DNA from: Hypanus sabinus
Taxonomy: Eukaryota
Direction: 5' to 3'
Assembly (NCBI RefSeq): GCF_030144855.1
Contig: NC_082710.1
Location: forward strand, 180,606,001-180,670,000
DNA length: 64,000 bases
The notes under the pieces are model-generated. The model was not told the origin of the DNA and did no database searches. It saw only the letters and a program-made list of their open reading frames with translations. A program made the position numbers and the translations under genes. Positions 23,593-37,620 of the stretch are shown piece after piece; position 1 is the first letter of the stretch; each line of letters opens with the position of its first letter.

Positions 23593-25559
23593 AAAGCTCT
23601 CTTTATGATCCTATCTACCCAAGACACCTCTTTCAAGGAAACATGGACCTGAATTCCTTTTGTTCTACTGCACTCTTCACCTGTATCCAGCCATCAACCA
23701 GCAGCTCTTGCCCCATTCCCTACTCCTCACATTTCTATAGCATCTATCTCCCCTCTTCTCTTTCGGTTCAGATAAAGGTTCTCAACCCAAAAAAAGTCAC
23801 TTGTCCATTCCCCTCCACAGATGTTGCTTGAACTCATGCCTTTGGATGCAGTGGAACCTAGGAAAAGAAGTTCTAAACTCAACAGTGATGAGGATTGAAC
23901 CTGGGTGTCTGGTTCTCCTAAGTGAGCCACCCTGTCTTCTCCCACCAATGGGATGACAAATGCCTAGACTAGACCGTTGTCAAGTAGAATGGGAGAAAGA
24001 TATTAGTCCCATCAAGCCAAAGTAAAATAGGCTGTTTTAGAAAAATTTTCATCCTAAAATTACCTCACATCATGGACTAGTAATCTTTATGATCCTAGAA
24101 CTGGAATTCAGAGGACTGGGCTGAACTGGAAAGGCCGAATCGAGGTGGGGGTTCTGGGCCTAAGAGTATATTAATGAGCAGAGCCTGGACCGAAAGCAAG
24201 CATCAACCTGCTGATTTAAGTGCTGGTCCATATTGTAAAGAGAGCATGACACTGGCAGAGGCTGGAGCTGAGCTCACTGCTCTGCGAGGATTACTTGTCT
24301 CTGGGCTGAATGGAGGCTGTGGCCTGCAACTTCTGGTCTGGATCAGCTGTGGTGATGATTGGCTTCGTGGCTATAGACTCACTCCCGTGAACTTCAGTTC
24401 TGAATGTTATTCGCTTAGTTTATTGTTTGCAGGATTTGATTTTCTTTTCCTGCACATGGACTGTTTGATTTTTTTTAATGGGTTTCTTTGTTTTGTGGCT
24501 GCCTGCAGGGAGACGAACCTCAAGGATGTATATAGTATACATACTTCGATAATAAATCTACTTTGAACTTTGAATAAGTAAGGAAGAAGCCTTTGTGTGA
24601 ACTGATGAACACTCATCAAAATTAAAATCAGGTGATGCATATTTCACAACATATTCTAATGTACGTGATGTGAAACAGGTTGCTTTGTGGTAGCAATGAA
24701 ATAAAATTACTATAACTACAAAATAAACAGTGCAGATATCCAGGAATAACAGTTAAGAATTCTGATGGCAGAAAGAAAAGCTGTTCCTGAATCAATGAGT
24801 GCGTGTCTTCAAACCCTGGACCTCCTCCCTGAGGGTAGTAATAAGAAGAGGGCATATTCTGGATGGAGAGGGATGAGTGTGGCCTTCTTAAGGCATCACC
24901 TTGCAGATGTGCTCAGTGTTGGTGAGGGATTTACCTGTGTTGGAGCTGCCTGAGTTTATAACATAGGCATAGATATCTACAGCATGTTACAGGCCCTTCG
25001 GCCCACAATGTTGTGCTGACCATGTAACCTACATGGTTTACAACACTCAGCAGCTCTGTACCTGAAGTGGTGTGAGCATATAAAACAGAAAATGGTGCCA
25101 AACCTTCGAAGGCCAGTCACAGAAGAGGAACAGAGTGAGTGCCTTCCCACAGAGACACCAGCAATTCCCTCAGTGCTTTTCTGCAACATGGGAGCAACCA
25201 ACCTTCCAGCCATTCACTTGCAGACATCAGGAATTGCTGGGAGGACAGAGGTGCTGATTGACAGTTACGGATCAGTTTCACCTCTGACACAGCATGATTC
25301 TTCTCTGGAGCGACGGAGGCTGAAGAGAGATCTGTCAGAGGTTTATTAGTTTACGAGAGGCACAGACAGAGTAGATGGTCAGTCCCCTTTTCCCAGAGTT
25401 GAAATTTCTAATACCAGAGGGAATGTATTTAAGGTGAGAGGTGGAAAGTTCAAAGGAAATATGAGAGGCAAGATTTTTTTTGCACAGAGTTGGGTGGCTG
25501 GGGATGCCTGGAAAGTGCTCCCTGTGGTGATGTAGAGGCAGAAATATTAGAGACTCTTC

Positions 25560-26240
25560 TAATATCCGGGGGTCTATTCCCCGGATTCTATTCGGGGGTC
25601 AGGTAGGGGAAGTGGATTGTCTGAAATGCCAGTGAGCCTATTTTTGAGCAGTGGCTGGATGGATCCCAGCTGAGCTGGAGAGGCAGCACCTCTGCCGTGG
25701 CAAGCTCCGGTGTACCCGTGTGCCGGCACGTACCCTCTGACGCCAGGCTCGGCTGGCGGCAGACGTGTTGCTGTGAAAGTGAAGCGACGTCTCGCCAGGT
25801 GTAGTGGCCAGGAGACGGCGACACATTAAGCTGCCGAGAGCACCACTCACTACCTCACCTTCTGCTTCTGGCCCGGGTCCACCGCTACAGCTGTAGAGGA
25901 ACGGGACCAAAATATCAGGGGCGCCAGTGGAGGGTGTAAGCTGTATGGAATCAGTCAGTGCATCAGGCACGCAAAGACAGGCACAGACACAGACAGACAC
26001 ACACAGATATACAGTAGATAAACACAGAAACATAGAGATACACCCAGAAAGACTCATATAAACACACAGCAACACAAGGCACATCTATAGATATATAAAC
26101 CCACAGAAACAGAATACACATTGGCCCGATACAAAGGGACACGCACTTCAGCGCCCGCTGACACAACAGCCACGGACGTTCGCGCAATGTACCTTCATTC
26201 TCGCTTCTCTGTCATGGGGAATTCGGTTTGCTTTTACTGT
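25560..26240. other. CpG-rich unique island with a minus-strand splice-donor/acceptor-like segment
   Basis: High CpG density. Minus strand has ...ttcctctacag|...GAAGCAGAAG|GTGAGG near 25860-25890. No recognisable protein in any frame. Confidence 0.3.
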
Positions 26241-26299
26241 GGGTTCTGGAGTGGCTGATGAATCTGATGTGGAGCCCATGGACCCTCCCAGCAGGAGTT

Positions 26300-29200
26300 G
26301 ACTGATGAGGTGAATGAGGTGGTTCAGTAGGGGTTGCTCCTTCCGCTCCTTACAAGAAGCTCTGGGTATGCGGATTGAGATTCACAGCACCATTCCAAAT
26401 CTTCCTTCCCCGCTCAGCTGTCGTGGCTCAGAGATTCCCAGTACACAGAGAGCTGTTCATCCTTACCAAAGCTTTGAACACGTCCCCAAATCTTTATTTC
26501 CATCAGCCTGGCCATGCCCTTTTCGTGCTGCTGCCATCAGGTGGAAAGTACCCGTGCTCGGGACATGAGCACTAGGTCCAAGAACAGCTACTGCCCCTCA
26601 ACCATTAGGCTCTTGATCAAAAATGAATAACCATACTCATTCGATTTCTGGTATTCCCACAACTGTAAGGACTTTTTATCTTGTTATTTCATGTGCTCCT
26701 TATTTGTTGCTATTGATTTATATGTACATTTGCAATACTTTGTTGTCCATTGATCCAATTACAGTCACTGTTCTATAGGCTTGCCAAGTATGTCCGCAGA
26801 AAAAGAATCTCAGGGTTGTATGTGCTCTGATATGTACTCTGATATTAACTTTTACTTTGAACATTCAATTTTGATCTTTTCCTGGTACCTGCTTAGAGCC
26901 TGTTTCAGGGGTCAAGTGTTGTATGTGCAGGGGGCAGGGACTGCCTCTCACAGTTCACACCCACATACACAGATGAAGTCAAAGAGAAACAAAGAGACAC
27001 ATACTGACACACATATATAGACAGACATGCAGTTACAACTTCCAACTGCACATCAGCTTCCTCACAGCCCATCTGCAGCATATTCCACCAGTTACCCCCT
27101 CCAACCTCCTTTGCCCCCCATTGGGAGCTCCCTGCATACTTCCATCAGCCTCCATATAAAAGATGTCCTCCTTTGTCAGCAATATCGGTGACTACTATAC
27201 ATTTCTGGCCCAGGTGCTTGTTCCCCGCCCTCTCTCGTCTCCCAATAAGTATGACTACCTTTTCCTAAGTTGGAAGTTGGAAGAAGTTGGAAGTCTAGAG
27301 CAACACACACAAAATGGTGAATGAATTGAGCAGGTCAGGCAGTTTCTATGAAAATAAATAAAGAATTGATGTTTTGGGCTGAGACGCTTCATCAGGACTG
27401 GAGAGGAAGAAGGTAGATCACTGGAATCTTAACCCAGCATGTAAGAGAAATTACAATGAAAGGACAACAGTGCCTGGACTTCTATAGGGGTTTGGAAATT
27501 CTCAAAATGACAATAAAACTTTGACAGACCTCTGTAGATGTTTGGTGGAGAGAATATTGACTGGGTGCATATGGAAACAACAATGACCTTGAGTGGAAAA
27601 TCCTATAAAAAGTGGTGGACCCAGCCCAGTCCATCATTGAACACATCTACATGAAACACTGTGGCAGAAAAGCTCATCTGTCATCAAGGATTCCGTGACC
27701 CAGGACATGCTCTCTTCTTGCTGCTGACATCAGGCAGGAGCCTAACCCTAATGCGAGGGCTCACACCACCAGGTTCAGCAACAGTTATTGCCCCTCATCA
27801 GGCTCTTGAACCAGTGGGGATAACTTCACTCAGCTTCACTCGCCTCATAACTGAAATGTTCTCACACAACCTATGGACACTCACCAGGACTCTTCATCTC
27901 ATGTTCTTGATATTTATTGCTTATTTATTTATTCTTATTATTTCTTTCCTCTTGTAGTTGCAAAGTCTTGTGCACACTGATTGAATGCCTGTTTGATCCA
28001 GTCTCTCATTGATTCTATTATGGTTATTATTCTATTATGTATTTATTGAGTATTCCCACAAGAAAGGATGATATGGTGACAATAAATTTAATTTTGATCT
28101 TAAATTTACTTTGAACTTCAGAATATGCTGCCAAGTGTGATGCAGAAGGCAGGAGAGACATCCATGAGGGTCTTAAACAGGGGCATGAACGTGAGGGAAA
28201 TGGAAAAATATGGGCATCGTGTAGGCAGAAGGGATCAGTTAAGTTGGGCATTTGATTACTAATTTGTTTAGCACAACATCATGGTTCTATAAACAGAAGT
28301 GATTCTGCAGATGCTGGAAATCCAGAGCTACACACACAGAATGGTGAAGGAACTCAGCAAGTCAGGCATGTCTGTAGAAATGAATAAACAATTGATGTTT
28401 TTGTCTGAGACCCTTCACCAGGACTGGAAAGGAAGGGAGAGGAAGGTGGGGGGAGGGGAAGGAGTACAAGCTTGAAGCTCGGTGGGTGGGGATGGGGGGG
28501 GGAAGAAGTAAGAAGCAGTGAGGTGATAGGTGGAAAAGGCAAAAGGCTGGAGAAGAAGGAAACTGAAAGGAGAGGATAATGGACCATGGAAGAAAGGGAA
28601 GGAGGAGGGGTACCATGGGGTGAAGATAAGCAGGTGAGGAGAAGAGTTAAGAGGGCTAATTGGGGAATTGAAGAAGAGGGAAGGGTGAGGGGCGAGTACC
28701 TTCTTCCTCTCGATCAAGCATCAGCAGCAGTCTCTCTTTCAGGAGAGATGGGGGAAACCTGATGGGAAATGTTCCCAGACCTTGTATCTTGCCAATAAAT
28801 TCCATTGAGTGTTTTCCCCAAGACATATACCATATACCCAGCTCCCCAGGAGCAGTCAAACTAGGTGTTCAAGGCAAAGTGCCAGAGTCGACAGGCCAGG
28901 ATTTTAAGTGGCAGTGAGTACAGGGCTCTGCATCACCACAGCGACAGAACGAGGACGCAGCAGTCTTTCCAAAAGTTGAGAAGTTTGGGACTTACAAATA
29001 GCTGTCACGTAAGAATACGGACTGTCCAGGCAGTGTCCAGATTTCCTATTAGCTGGCCTGGATAGATTGGGAAGCCTTACACTGATGCAAAATAATGTAA
29101 AAGATCTGAGATCTCTGAGATTGAGGCAGGCAAGGCTCCCCACCCCCATTCTAATGACCTTCTACGGGAGCTCCATCAAGAGTGCCCTTCCTGGCTACGT

Positions 29201-29600
29201 CATTGTGTGGTATAGAAGCTGCAAGGCCCTGAGGAGGATAATAAAAACTGCCGAGGGGATCACTGGGGTCTCCCTCGCTCCTACTTGTGACATCACCGGG
29301 AGCAAAGGGCCGAGGCATTGTTGTGGATCCTTATCACCCAGACCACAATCTCTTTTCCCCACTACCATCATGAAGAAGCTACAGAATCAACATGTCGAAG
29401 ACTACCAGACCAGGTAACAGCTTCTTCCCTCTGACTAATGAATACCCTGCTACCTTTGAGGTCTCGTCACTAGGACAGCGAGCTGTTCACTGTTTACCTG
29501 TGCTACACACAACATACAATTTGAATTATATTTTAATTAACTTATTTATGGTAACATTTTGGTTTATGTGATAAGTGCTTTGTGGGTACGTTGTGGTCCA
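26300..29600 (+). mobile_element. Interspersed Rex1/Babar 3' fragments and Penelope-derived repeats
   Basis: LYFLR.LR...L.PPILT.FY..IES-like remnants (29067-29417) and family tails. Decayed hammerhead remnants on the minus strand at about 27366-27400 and 28390-28427. Confidence 0.55.
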
Positions 29601-29952
29601 AAGAAATATTGTTTTGTTTTTTGTATCTATGTACTGTCAAACTACAAGCTTGAATTTGAATTTCAAAAGCTTGAAAATGCCTTCTGGACAAATTCCTGTG
29701 ATGCCAAGTTAGCAGTTTCTGATGTAGATCAAGAAACTGGGAAAATCAGGCTCCTGGCAGTTGATCAGGAAACACAGCTCTGTGTGAGTGATACCCAGGA
29801 AATTTGCAGATGATGAAACTCTGAAATATTGTCAGGAAATAATAAACAAAAAAGATTCTATCGATGCTGGAAATGTTGAGCAACACACACAAAAGACTGA
29901 GTAAGCTGAACAGGTCAGGAAGCATCTCTGGGAGGGAATAAACAGTCAAGGG

Positions 29953-30032
29953 CAGCACTTCTCAACCGGGGGTCCATGGACCCGTTGCTAAATGGTATTG
30001 GTCCATGGCAGAAAAAAGGTTGAGGACCTCTG
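29953..30032. mobile_element. hAT/Charlie-like MITE (80 bp)
   Basis: Imperfect TIRs CAGCACTTCTCAACC / GGTTGAGGACCTCTG. The 8-bp flanks match only 4 of 8. Confidence 0.5.
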
Positions 30033-30289
30033 GTCTACAGATTGAAGATGAATGTTGGCCTGAAATGTTGACCGTTCATTCGCCTCCATAAAAACAGGAA
30101 AAACTTGCAACACCTACAACTGGACAGCCTGTGACAGGAGAGAAATAGAGGACAACTTTGACAGGAGTTCAGTAATGGCCAAGTGCCGAGGGAAAGACAT
30201 ACAATGAACATTTCAATGATAAACACTAGGCCAATAGAGCAGCTAAATTAAGTCTCTCAAACTAACTAAAAACTGACACGAGAACTTCT

Positions 30290-33200
30290 GTAGATAGAAA
30301 CATAGAAAACATTCAGCACAACACAAGCCCTATAGCCCACAAAGCTGTGTCAAACATGTCCCTACCTTAGAACTACCTAGGGTTTACCCACACCCTCTAT
30401 TTTACTAAGCTCCATGTAGCCATCCAGGAATCTCTTAAAAGATCCTATCGTTTCCACCTCCACCATCATCGCTGGCAGCCCATTCCACACACTCACCACT
30501 CTGCATAAAAAACATACCCAACATCTCTGTACCTACTTCCAAGCATCTTAAAACTGTGCCCTCTCTTGTGGCAACTATTTCAGCCCTGGAGAAAAGCCTC
30601 TGACTCATCACGATCAAAACCTCTCTTTGTCTTGTACACCTCAATCAGTTCACCTCTCATCCTCCGTCACTCCAAAGAGAAAAGGCCGAGTTCACTCAAC
30701 CTCTTCTCATAAGGCATGCACCCCAATCCAGGCAATATCCTTGTAAATCTCCTCTGCACCCTTTCCATGGTTTCCACATCCTTCCTGTAGTGAGGCGACC
30801 AGAATTGAGCACTGTCCACCGTGGGGTCCTATATTGCTACAACATTACCTCTCAGCTCTTGAACTCACTCCCATGATTGATTGCCAATGCACCATATGCC
30901 TTCTTAACCACAGAGTCAACCTGCATAGCAGTTTCGAGTGTCCTATGGACTCAGACCCCAAGATCCCTCTGATCCTCCACACTGCCAAGAGTCTTACCAT
31001 TAATGTTATATTCTGCCATCATAATTGACCTTCCAAAATGAACCACCTCACACTTATCTGGGTTGAACTCCATCTGCCACTTCTCAGCCCAGTTTGCATC
31101 CCATCAATGTTCTGTTGTAATCTCTGACAGCCCTCCACGCTATCCACAACACCCCCAACCTTTGTGTCATCAGCAAGTTTACTAACCCATCCCTCCACTT
31201 CCTCATCCAGGTCATTTATAAGAATCACGAAGGGTAGGGGTCACAGCACATATCCCTGAGGCACTCCACTGGTGACTGACCTCCGTGCAGAATCTGATCC
31301 ATCTACCACCAGTCTTCGTCTTCTGTGGACAAGCCAATTCTGGATCCACAAAGCAATGTCCCCTTGGATCTCATGCCTCCTTGCTTTCTCAATAAGCCTT
31401 GCATGGGGTACCTTATCAAATGTCTTTCTAAAATCCACATACACTACATCTATTGCTCTACCTTCATCAATATGTTTAGTCACATCCTTAAAAAATTCAA
31501 TCAGGCTTAAAATGGATGACCTGCCTTTCAGAAAACAATGCTGACTTTTCCTAATCATATTATGCCTCTCCAAATGTTCATAAATCCTGCCTCTCAGGAT
31601 CTTCTCCATCAATTTACCAACCACTGAAGTAAGACTCACTGGTCTATAATTTCCTGGGCTATCTCTACTCCCTTTCTTGAATAATGGAACAACATCCACA
31701 ACCCTCCAATCCTCCAGAACCTCTCCTGTCCTCATTGATGATGCAAACATCATTGTCAGAGGCTCAGCAATCTCTTCCCTCGCTTCCCAGGGTAGCCTGG
31801 GGTACATCCCATCTGGTCCTGGTGACTTATCCAACTTGATGCTTTCCAAAAGCTCCAGCACATCTTTAATATCTACATGAAGCTTTTTAGTCCACTGCAA
31901 ATCATCCCTACAATAGCCAAGATCCTTTTCCATAGTGAATACTGAAGCAAAATATTCATTAAATTCCTCTGCTATCTTCTACAGTTCTAGACACACTTTT
32001 CCACTGTCAACCTTGATTGGTCCTATTCTCACATGTCTTATCCTCTTGCTCTTCACATATTTGTAGAATCCCTAGGGGTTTTCCTTAATCCTGTCCACCA
32101 AGGCCTTCTCTTGGCCCCTTCTTGCTCTACTAATTTCATTCCTGCTAGCCGTATAATCTTCTAGATTCCTATCATTACCTGGTTTTTTGAACCTTTTGTA
32201 AACTCTTCTTTTCTTCTTGACTAGATTTACAACATCCTTTGTACACCACGGATCCTGTGCCTTACCATCTTTTCCATGTTTCGTTGGAACATATCTACTC
32301 AGAACCCCTGAATATTTGCCGCATTTCTTCTATACGTTTGCTTGAGAACATCTGTTTCCAATTTAAGCTACCAAGTTCCTGCATGATAGCCTCATATTTC
32401 CCCTTACTCCAATTAACTGTTTCCCTAGCTTGTCTGTTCCTATCCCTCTCCAATGCTATGGTAAAGGAAATAGAATTGTGATCACTTTCTCCAAAATGCT
32501 CTCCCACTGAGAGACCTGACACCTGACCAGGTTCATTTCCCAATACCAGATCAAATACTGCCTCTCCTCTTGTAGGTTTATGTACATATTGTGCCAGGAA
32601 ATGTTCCTGAACACACCTAACAGACTCTACCCTATCTATACCCCTCACTCTAGGGAGATGCCAATAGATATTCGAGAAATTAAAATCTCCCACCACAATG
32701 ATCCTATTATTATTATACCTTTCCAGAATCTGTCTGCCTATCTGTTCCTCGATGTCCCTGTTACTATTGGGTGGTCTATAAAAAACACCCTTCCTATACC
32801 CACAAATACTCCGTAGGCAGCCCCCCATGACTACCTCCTTTTCTGCAGCTGTGACACTATCTCTGATCAAGAGGCTTAAGAGGCTTTTAAGATGCTTTTA
32901 GAAAGGTACATGGAGCTTAGTAAAATAGAGGGCTATAGGTAAGCCTAGTAATTTCTAAGGTAGGGACATGTTCGGCACAACTTTGTGGGCCAAAGGGCCT
33001 GTATTGTGCTGGAGGTTTTCTATGTTTCTATGTTTCTAACAGTGCCATGCCCCCACCTCTTTTGCCTCCCTCCCTATCCTTTCTGAGACATCTAAAGCCT
33101 GGCACTTGAAGAAGCCATTCCTGCCCCTGCACCATCCAATTCTCTGTAGTGGCCACAGCATCATAGCTCCAAGTGCTGATCTATGCTCTAAGCTCATCCG

Positions 33201-35870
33201 CTTTATTCATAACACTCCTTGTATTAAAATAGACACAACTCAAACTATTAGTCTGAGTGCGTCCCTTCTCTGTCACCTCCCTTTTGCACTGTCTCCAAGC
33301 TTTCTCTATTGTGAGCCAACCTCCCTTTCCTCCATCACTTTAGTTTGGTTCCCAACCCCCAGCAATTCTAGTTTAAACTCTCCCCAATGCCCTTAGAAAA
33401 CCTTCCAGCCCTCGTATTCAAGTGCAACCCATTCTTTTTGTACAAGTTACACCTGCCCCAGAACAGGTCCCAATGATCCAGAAATCTGAAACCCTGCCCC
33501 CTGCTCCATTCCCACAGCCACACATTTATCCTCCACCTCATTCTTTTCCTATACTCACTGTCACGTGGCACAGCCAGTAATCCCGAGATTACTACCTTTG
33601 AGGTCCTGCTTCTCAACATCTTTCCTAACTCCCTGTAGTCTGTTTTCAGGACCTCTTCCCTTTTCCTACCTATTTCCTCCTTTTTAAAAAAGGAGGGAGA
33701 GAGAAGCCGGGGAATTATAGACTGGTTAGTCTGACGTCAGTGGTAGGGAAAATGCTAGAGTTGGTTATCAAAGATGTGATAACAGCACATTTGGAAAGAG
33801 GTGAAATCATTGGACAAAGTCAGCATGGATTTATGAAAGGAAAATCATGTCTGACAAATCTTATAGAATTTTTTGAAGATGTAACTAGTAGAGTGGATAG
33901 GGGAGAGCCAGTGGATGTGGTATATTTAGATTTTCAAAAGGCTTTTGACAAGGTCCCACACAGGAGATTAGTGTGCAATCTTAAAGCACACGGTAGTGGG
34001 GGTATGGTATTGATGTGGATAGAGAATTGGTTGGCAGACGGGAAGCAAAGAGTGGGAGTAAACAGGACCTTTTTGGATTGGCAGGCAGTGACTAGTGGGG
34101 TACCACAAGGCTCAGTGCTGGGACCCCAGTTGTTTACAATATATATTAATAATTTTGACAAGGGAATTAAATGCAGCATCTCCAAGTTTGCGGATGACAC
34201 GAAGCTGGGCGGCGGTGTTAGCTGCGAGGAGGATGTTAAGAGGATGCAGGGTGATTTGGATAGGTTAGGTGAGTGGGCAAATTCATGGCAGATGAAATTT
34301 AATTTGGATAAATGTGAGGTTATCCACTTTGGTTGCAAGAACAGGGAAACAGATTATTATCTGAACGGTGGCCGATTAAGAAAAGGGGAGATGCAGTGAG
34401 ACCTGGGTGTCATTGTACACCAGTCATTGAAGGTGGGCATGCAGGTACAGCAGGCGATGAAAATGGCAAATGGTATGTTGGCATTCATAGCAAAAGGATT
34501 TGAGTACAGGAGCAGGAAAGTTCTACTGCAGTTGTACAAGGCCTTGGTGAGACCGCACCTAGAATATTGTGTGCAGTTTTGGTCCACTAATCTGAGGAAA
34601 GACATTCTTGCCATAGAGGGAGTACAGAGAAAGGATCAACTGGATCGACTAGGCTTATACTCACTGGAATTTATAAGATTGAGGGGGGATCTTATTGAAA
34701 AGTATAACATTCTAAAGGGATTGGACAGGCTAGATGCAGGAAGATTGTTCCCGATGTTAGGGAAGTCCAGAACGAGGGGTCACAGTTTAAGGATAAAGGG
34801 GAAGCCTTTTAGGACCAAGATGAGGAAAAACTTCTTCACACAGAGAGTGGTGAATCTGTGGAATTCTCTGCCACAGGAAACAGTTGAGGCTGGTTCATTG
34901 GCTATATTTAAGAGGAAGTTAGATATGGCCCTTGTGGCTAAAGGGATCAGTGGGTATGGAGAGAAAGCAGGTACAGGGTTCTGAGTTGGATGATCAGCCA
35001 TGATCATGCTGAATGGTGGTGCAGACTCGAAGGGCCGAATGGCCTACTCCTGCACCTATTTTCTATGTTTCTATTTCGTTGGTACCAATCTGTACCACGA
35101 CGTCTGGCTGATCTCTTACCCACTTCAAGATATCATGGACGTGATCAGAAACATTGGGTTCCCTGGCATCTTGGAGGCAAACTATCACCTGCGTCTCTTT
35201 CCTGCATCCACAGGATCGCCTGTCTGAACCCCTAACTATAGAGTTCCCTATCACCGCTGCCATCCTCCTCCTTTCCCTACCCTTCTGATCAACAGGGCCA
35301 GACTGTGACAGAGGCATGACCACCGTTGCTTTCCCCAGGTAGGCCGTCTGCCTCAACAGTACTCAAACAGGAGTACATATTGTTAAGGGGGACAGCCACT
35401 GGGGTACTCTCTAGTACCTGCTTTTTGGCCTTTCCTCTGCTGACTGCTACCCACTTCTCTGTCTTCTGTTGTCCAGGGGTGACTACCTGCCTTTAGCTCC
35501 TCTCTATCATCTCCTCGCTCTCCCTGACCAGACGAAGGTCATTGAGCTGCATCTCTAGTTCCCTAACTCGGTCTCAAAGGAGCTGCAGATCGACTCACCT
35601 GGTGAAGATGTAGTCGTCTGGGAGGCAGTGAGTCTCCAGGACCTCCAATATCTGACACCGATCACAGAAAACCGGCCTCGCACACATACTCTCTGTCTTT
35701 ATTTTAAACAGATAACCTACCTGGCCTTGACTCTTTATCACCTAAGCCCCATTGAGCCAAAGCCATCTTACTCTGTCTCCCACTACTATGACACCCATTC
35801 CTCTGATGCCCAATCTGTAAATCTGTCTTCCTTTTAAACTCTTCCCGCTGTTCTCACTGGCCAACCACCA
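30290..35870 (-). mobile_element. Near full-length degenerate CR1 LINE with two nested CR1 insertions
   Basis: RT (ORFs 31019-31933), APE (32295-32870), ORF1 esterase (33368-33619 and 35063-35356, IGNSIVRG, QIGTNE) and 5' UTR about 35640-35870. Confidence 0.85.
33677..35070 (+). mobile_element. Younger CR1 subfamily copy, 5'-truncated, inserted in ORF1 of the minus-strand CR1
   Basis: ORFs 33740-34399 and 34427-34984 are largely intact RT. TSD CTATTTC at 33670-33676 and 35071-35077. Confidence 0.9.
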
Positions 35871-36004
35871 CGTGCTTGCTCCGTCGTGTCCCATTCAAAC
35901 CGCTGAAGAAATAACCTGGATGCTGGAAATTCAAGCAGCATGTACAAAATGTACGAGGAAATCAGCAGGTCTATGGGAAAGAGGAAAAACAGTCAGCTGT
36001 TTAC

Positions 36005-36647
36005 AGTCATTTGGGGTGATGAAGGTGAGGGGTGTGTGTGTGTGTGTTTGTGTTTTTGGGAGTGTGTATATGTGTATATGCTTGAGGTAATGGAGGTGAG
36101 GTGTGTGTGTGTGTGTGGTGATGCATGTGGTATGTGTGTATGCATGTATGCGTGTGGGTGTGTGTGTTATGTTCGTGTATTTGTGGTGATGGCCATGGTG
36201 TGTATGTGTGCATGTGTGTGTTTCAGGTGGAGGTTATGGGTGAGTGTTTGGACTGATGGTGCCTTTGTGTGTGTGTTTGTGATGCTGGAGATCGTGTGTG
36301 TTTATGTGTGTCTTTGGGTTAATGGCTGTGTTGTGTTTGTGTGAGTGTGTTTAGGGTGATGGAGGTGGTATGTGTATTTGTGTGTGTGTTTGTTTGTGAG
36401 TGTCTATATTTCTGTGTGTGAATGAGTGTGTGTATGGGTGTGCATTTGCAATAAGAGGTGGTGTGTGTGCATTCTCATGTGTGTTTCAGGTAAAGGTTAT
36501 GTGTATGTCTGTGTTTCTGTGTCTGAGTGAATGTGTGTGTACATTTCCAGTAGTAGAGATGGTATGTGTGTGTTTGTCTGTCTGGGGTGATGGTGTGTTA
36601 GTGTGTGTCTGTGTGAGTGAGTGTTGCATGTTTGCGGTAATAGAGGT

Positions 36648-36684
<37 letters not shown>

Positions 36685-37620
36685 TTGGAATGATGGAGGC
36701 CTACTTTGTGAGTGTGTCATGGGTGATGGAGGTTGCGTGTGTGTCTGTGAGATTGTGTTTGGATTGATGTAGATGCTGTGTGTACATGCACATGTGTGTG
36801 TTTGTGGTGATGGAGATTGTGTGTGTTTGTGCTTGTTTGTAGTGATGGTGTGTTTGTGGTATTGGAGGTGGTGTGTGTGTATATGTTTGTTTGGGGTGAT
36901 GGTGCATGTGTGTGTTTGTGCTAATGGAAGTGCTGTGTGTGTCTGTGTTTGGATTGATATAGGTGGTGTGTGTACATACACGTGTGTTTGTGGTGCTGGA
37001 GATTGTGTGTGTTTGTGTGTGTCTTTGGGGTGATGGCTGTGGTGTGTGTCTATGTTGTGCTTGGGGTGATGATGTATGTGTGTTTCTGTGTGTGAATGAG
37101 TGTGTGTGTGTGTGTTTGTTGTGATGGAGATGGTGTGCTAGTGTGTATGTGTGTGTTTCAGGTGGGTTTGTGTGTATATGTGATGGAGGTCTGTGTGTCT
37201 GTGTCTGTGTCTGTGTGTTTGGGGTGATGGAGGTGGTGTATGTTTGTGTGTGTGTGCGCGCACGTTTGTTTCAGGTGGAGGTTTGTGTATGAGTTTGGGG
37301 TGATGGAGGTGGTGTGTGTGGGATGGAGTTGTGTATGTGTATGTTTGTGTTTGGGGTGATGGAGTTTGTGTCTGTATGTGTTTGTGCTGTTGGAGGTGGT
37401 GTGTGGGTGTATATGAGTTTGGGGTGATGGAGGTGGTGTGTGTGGGATGGAGTTGTGTATGTGTATGTTTGTGTTTGGGGTGATGGAGTTTGTGTCTGTA
37501 TGTGTTTGTGCTGTTGGAGGTGGTGTGTGGGTGTATATGAGTTTGGGGTGATGGAGGTGGTGTGTGTGGGGGTGGAGTTGTGTATGTGTATGTTTGGGGT
37601 GATGGAGGTTGATGCATGCA
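36005..37620. repeat. TG-rich compound minisatellite (GGGGTGATGGAGGTGGTGTGTG-like units) with a 124-bp higher-order period at its end
   Basis: GAGTTTGGGG recurs at 37291, 37415 and 37539. Confidence 0.9.
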
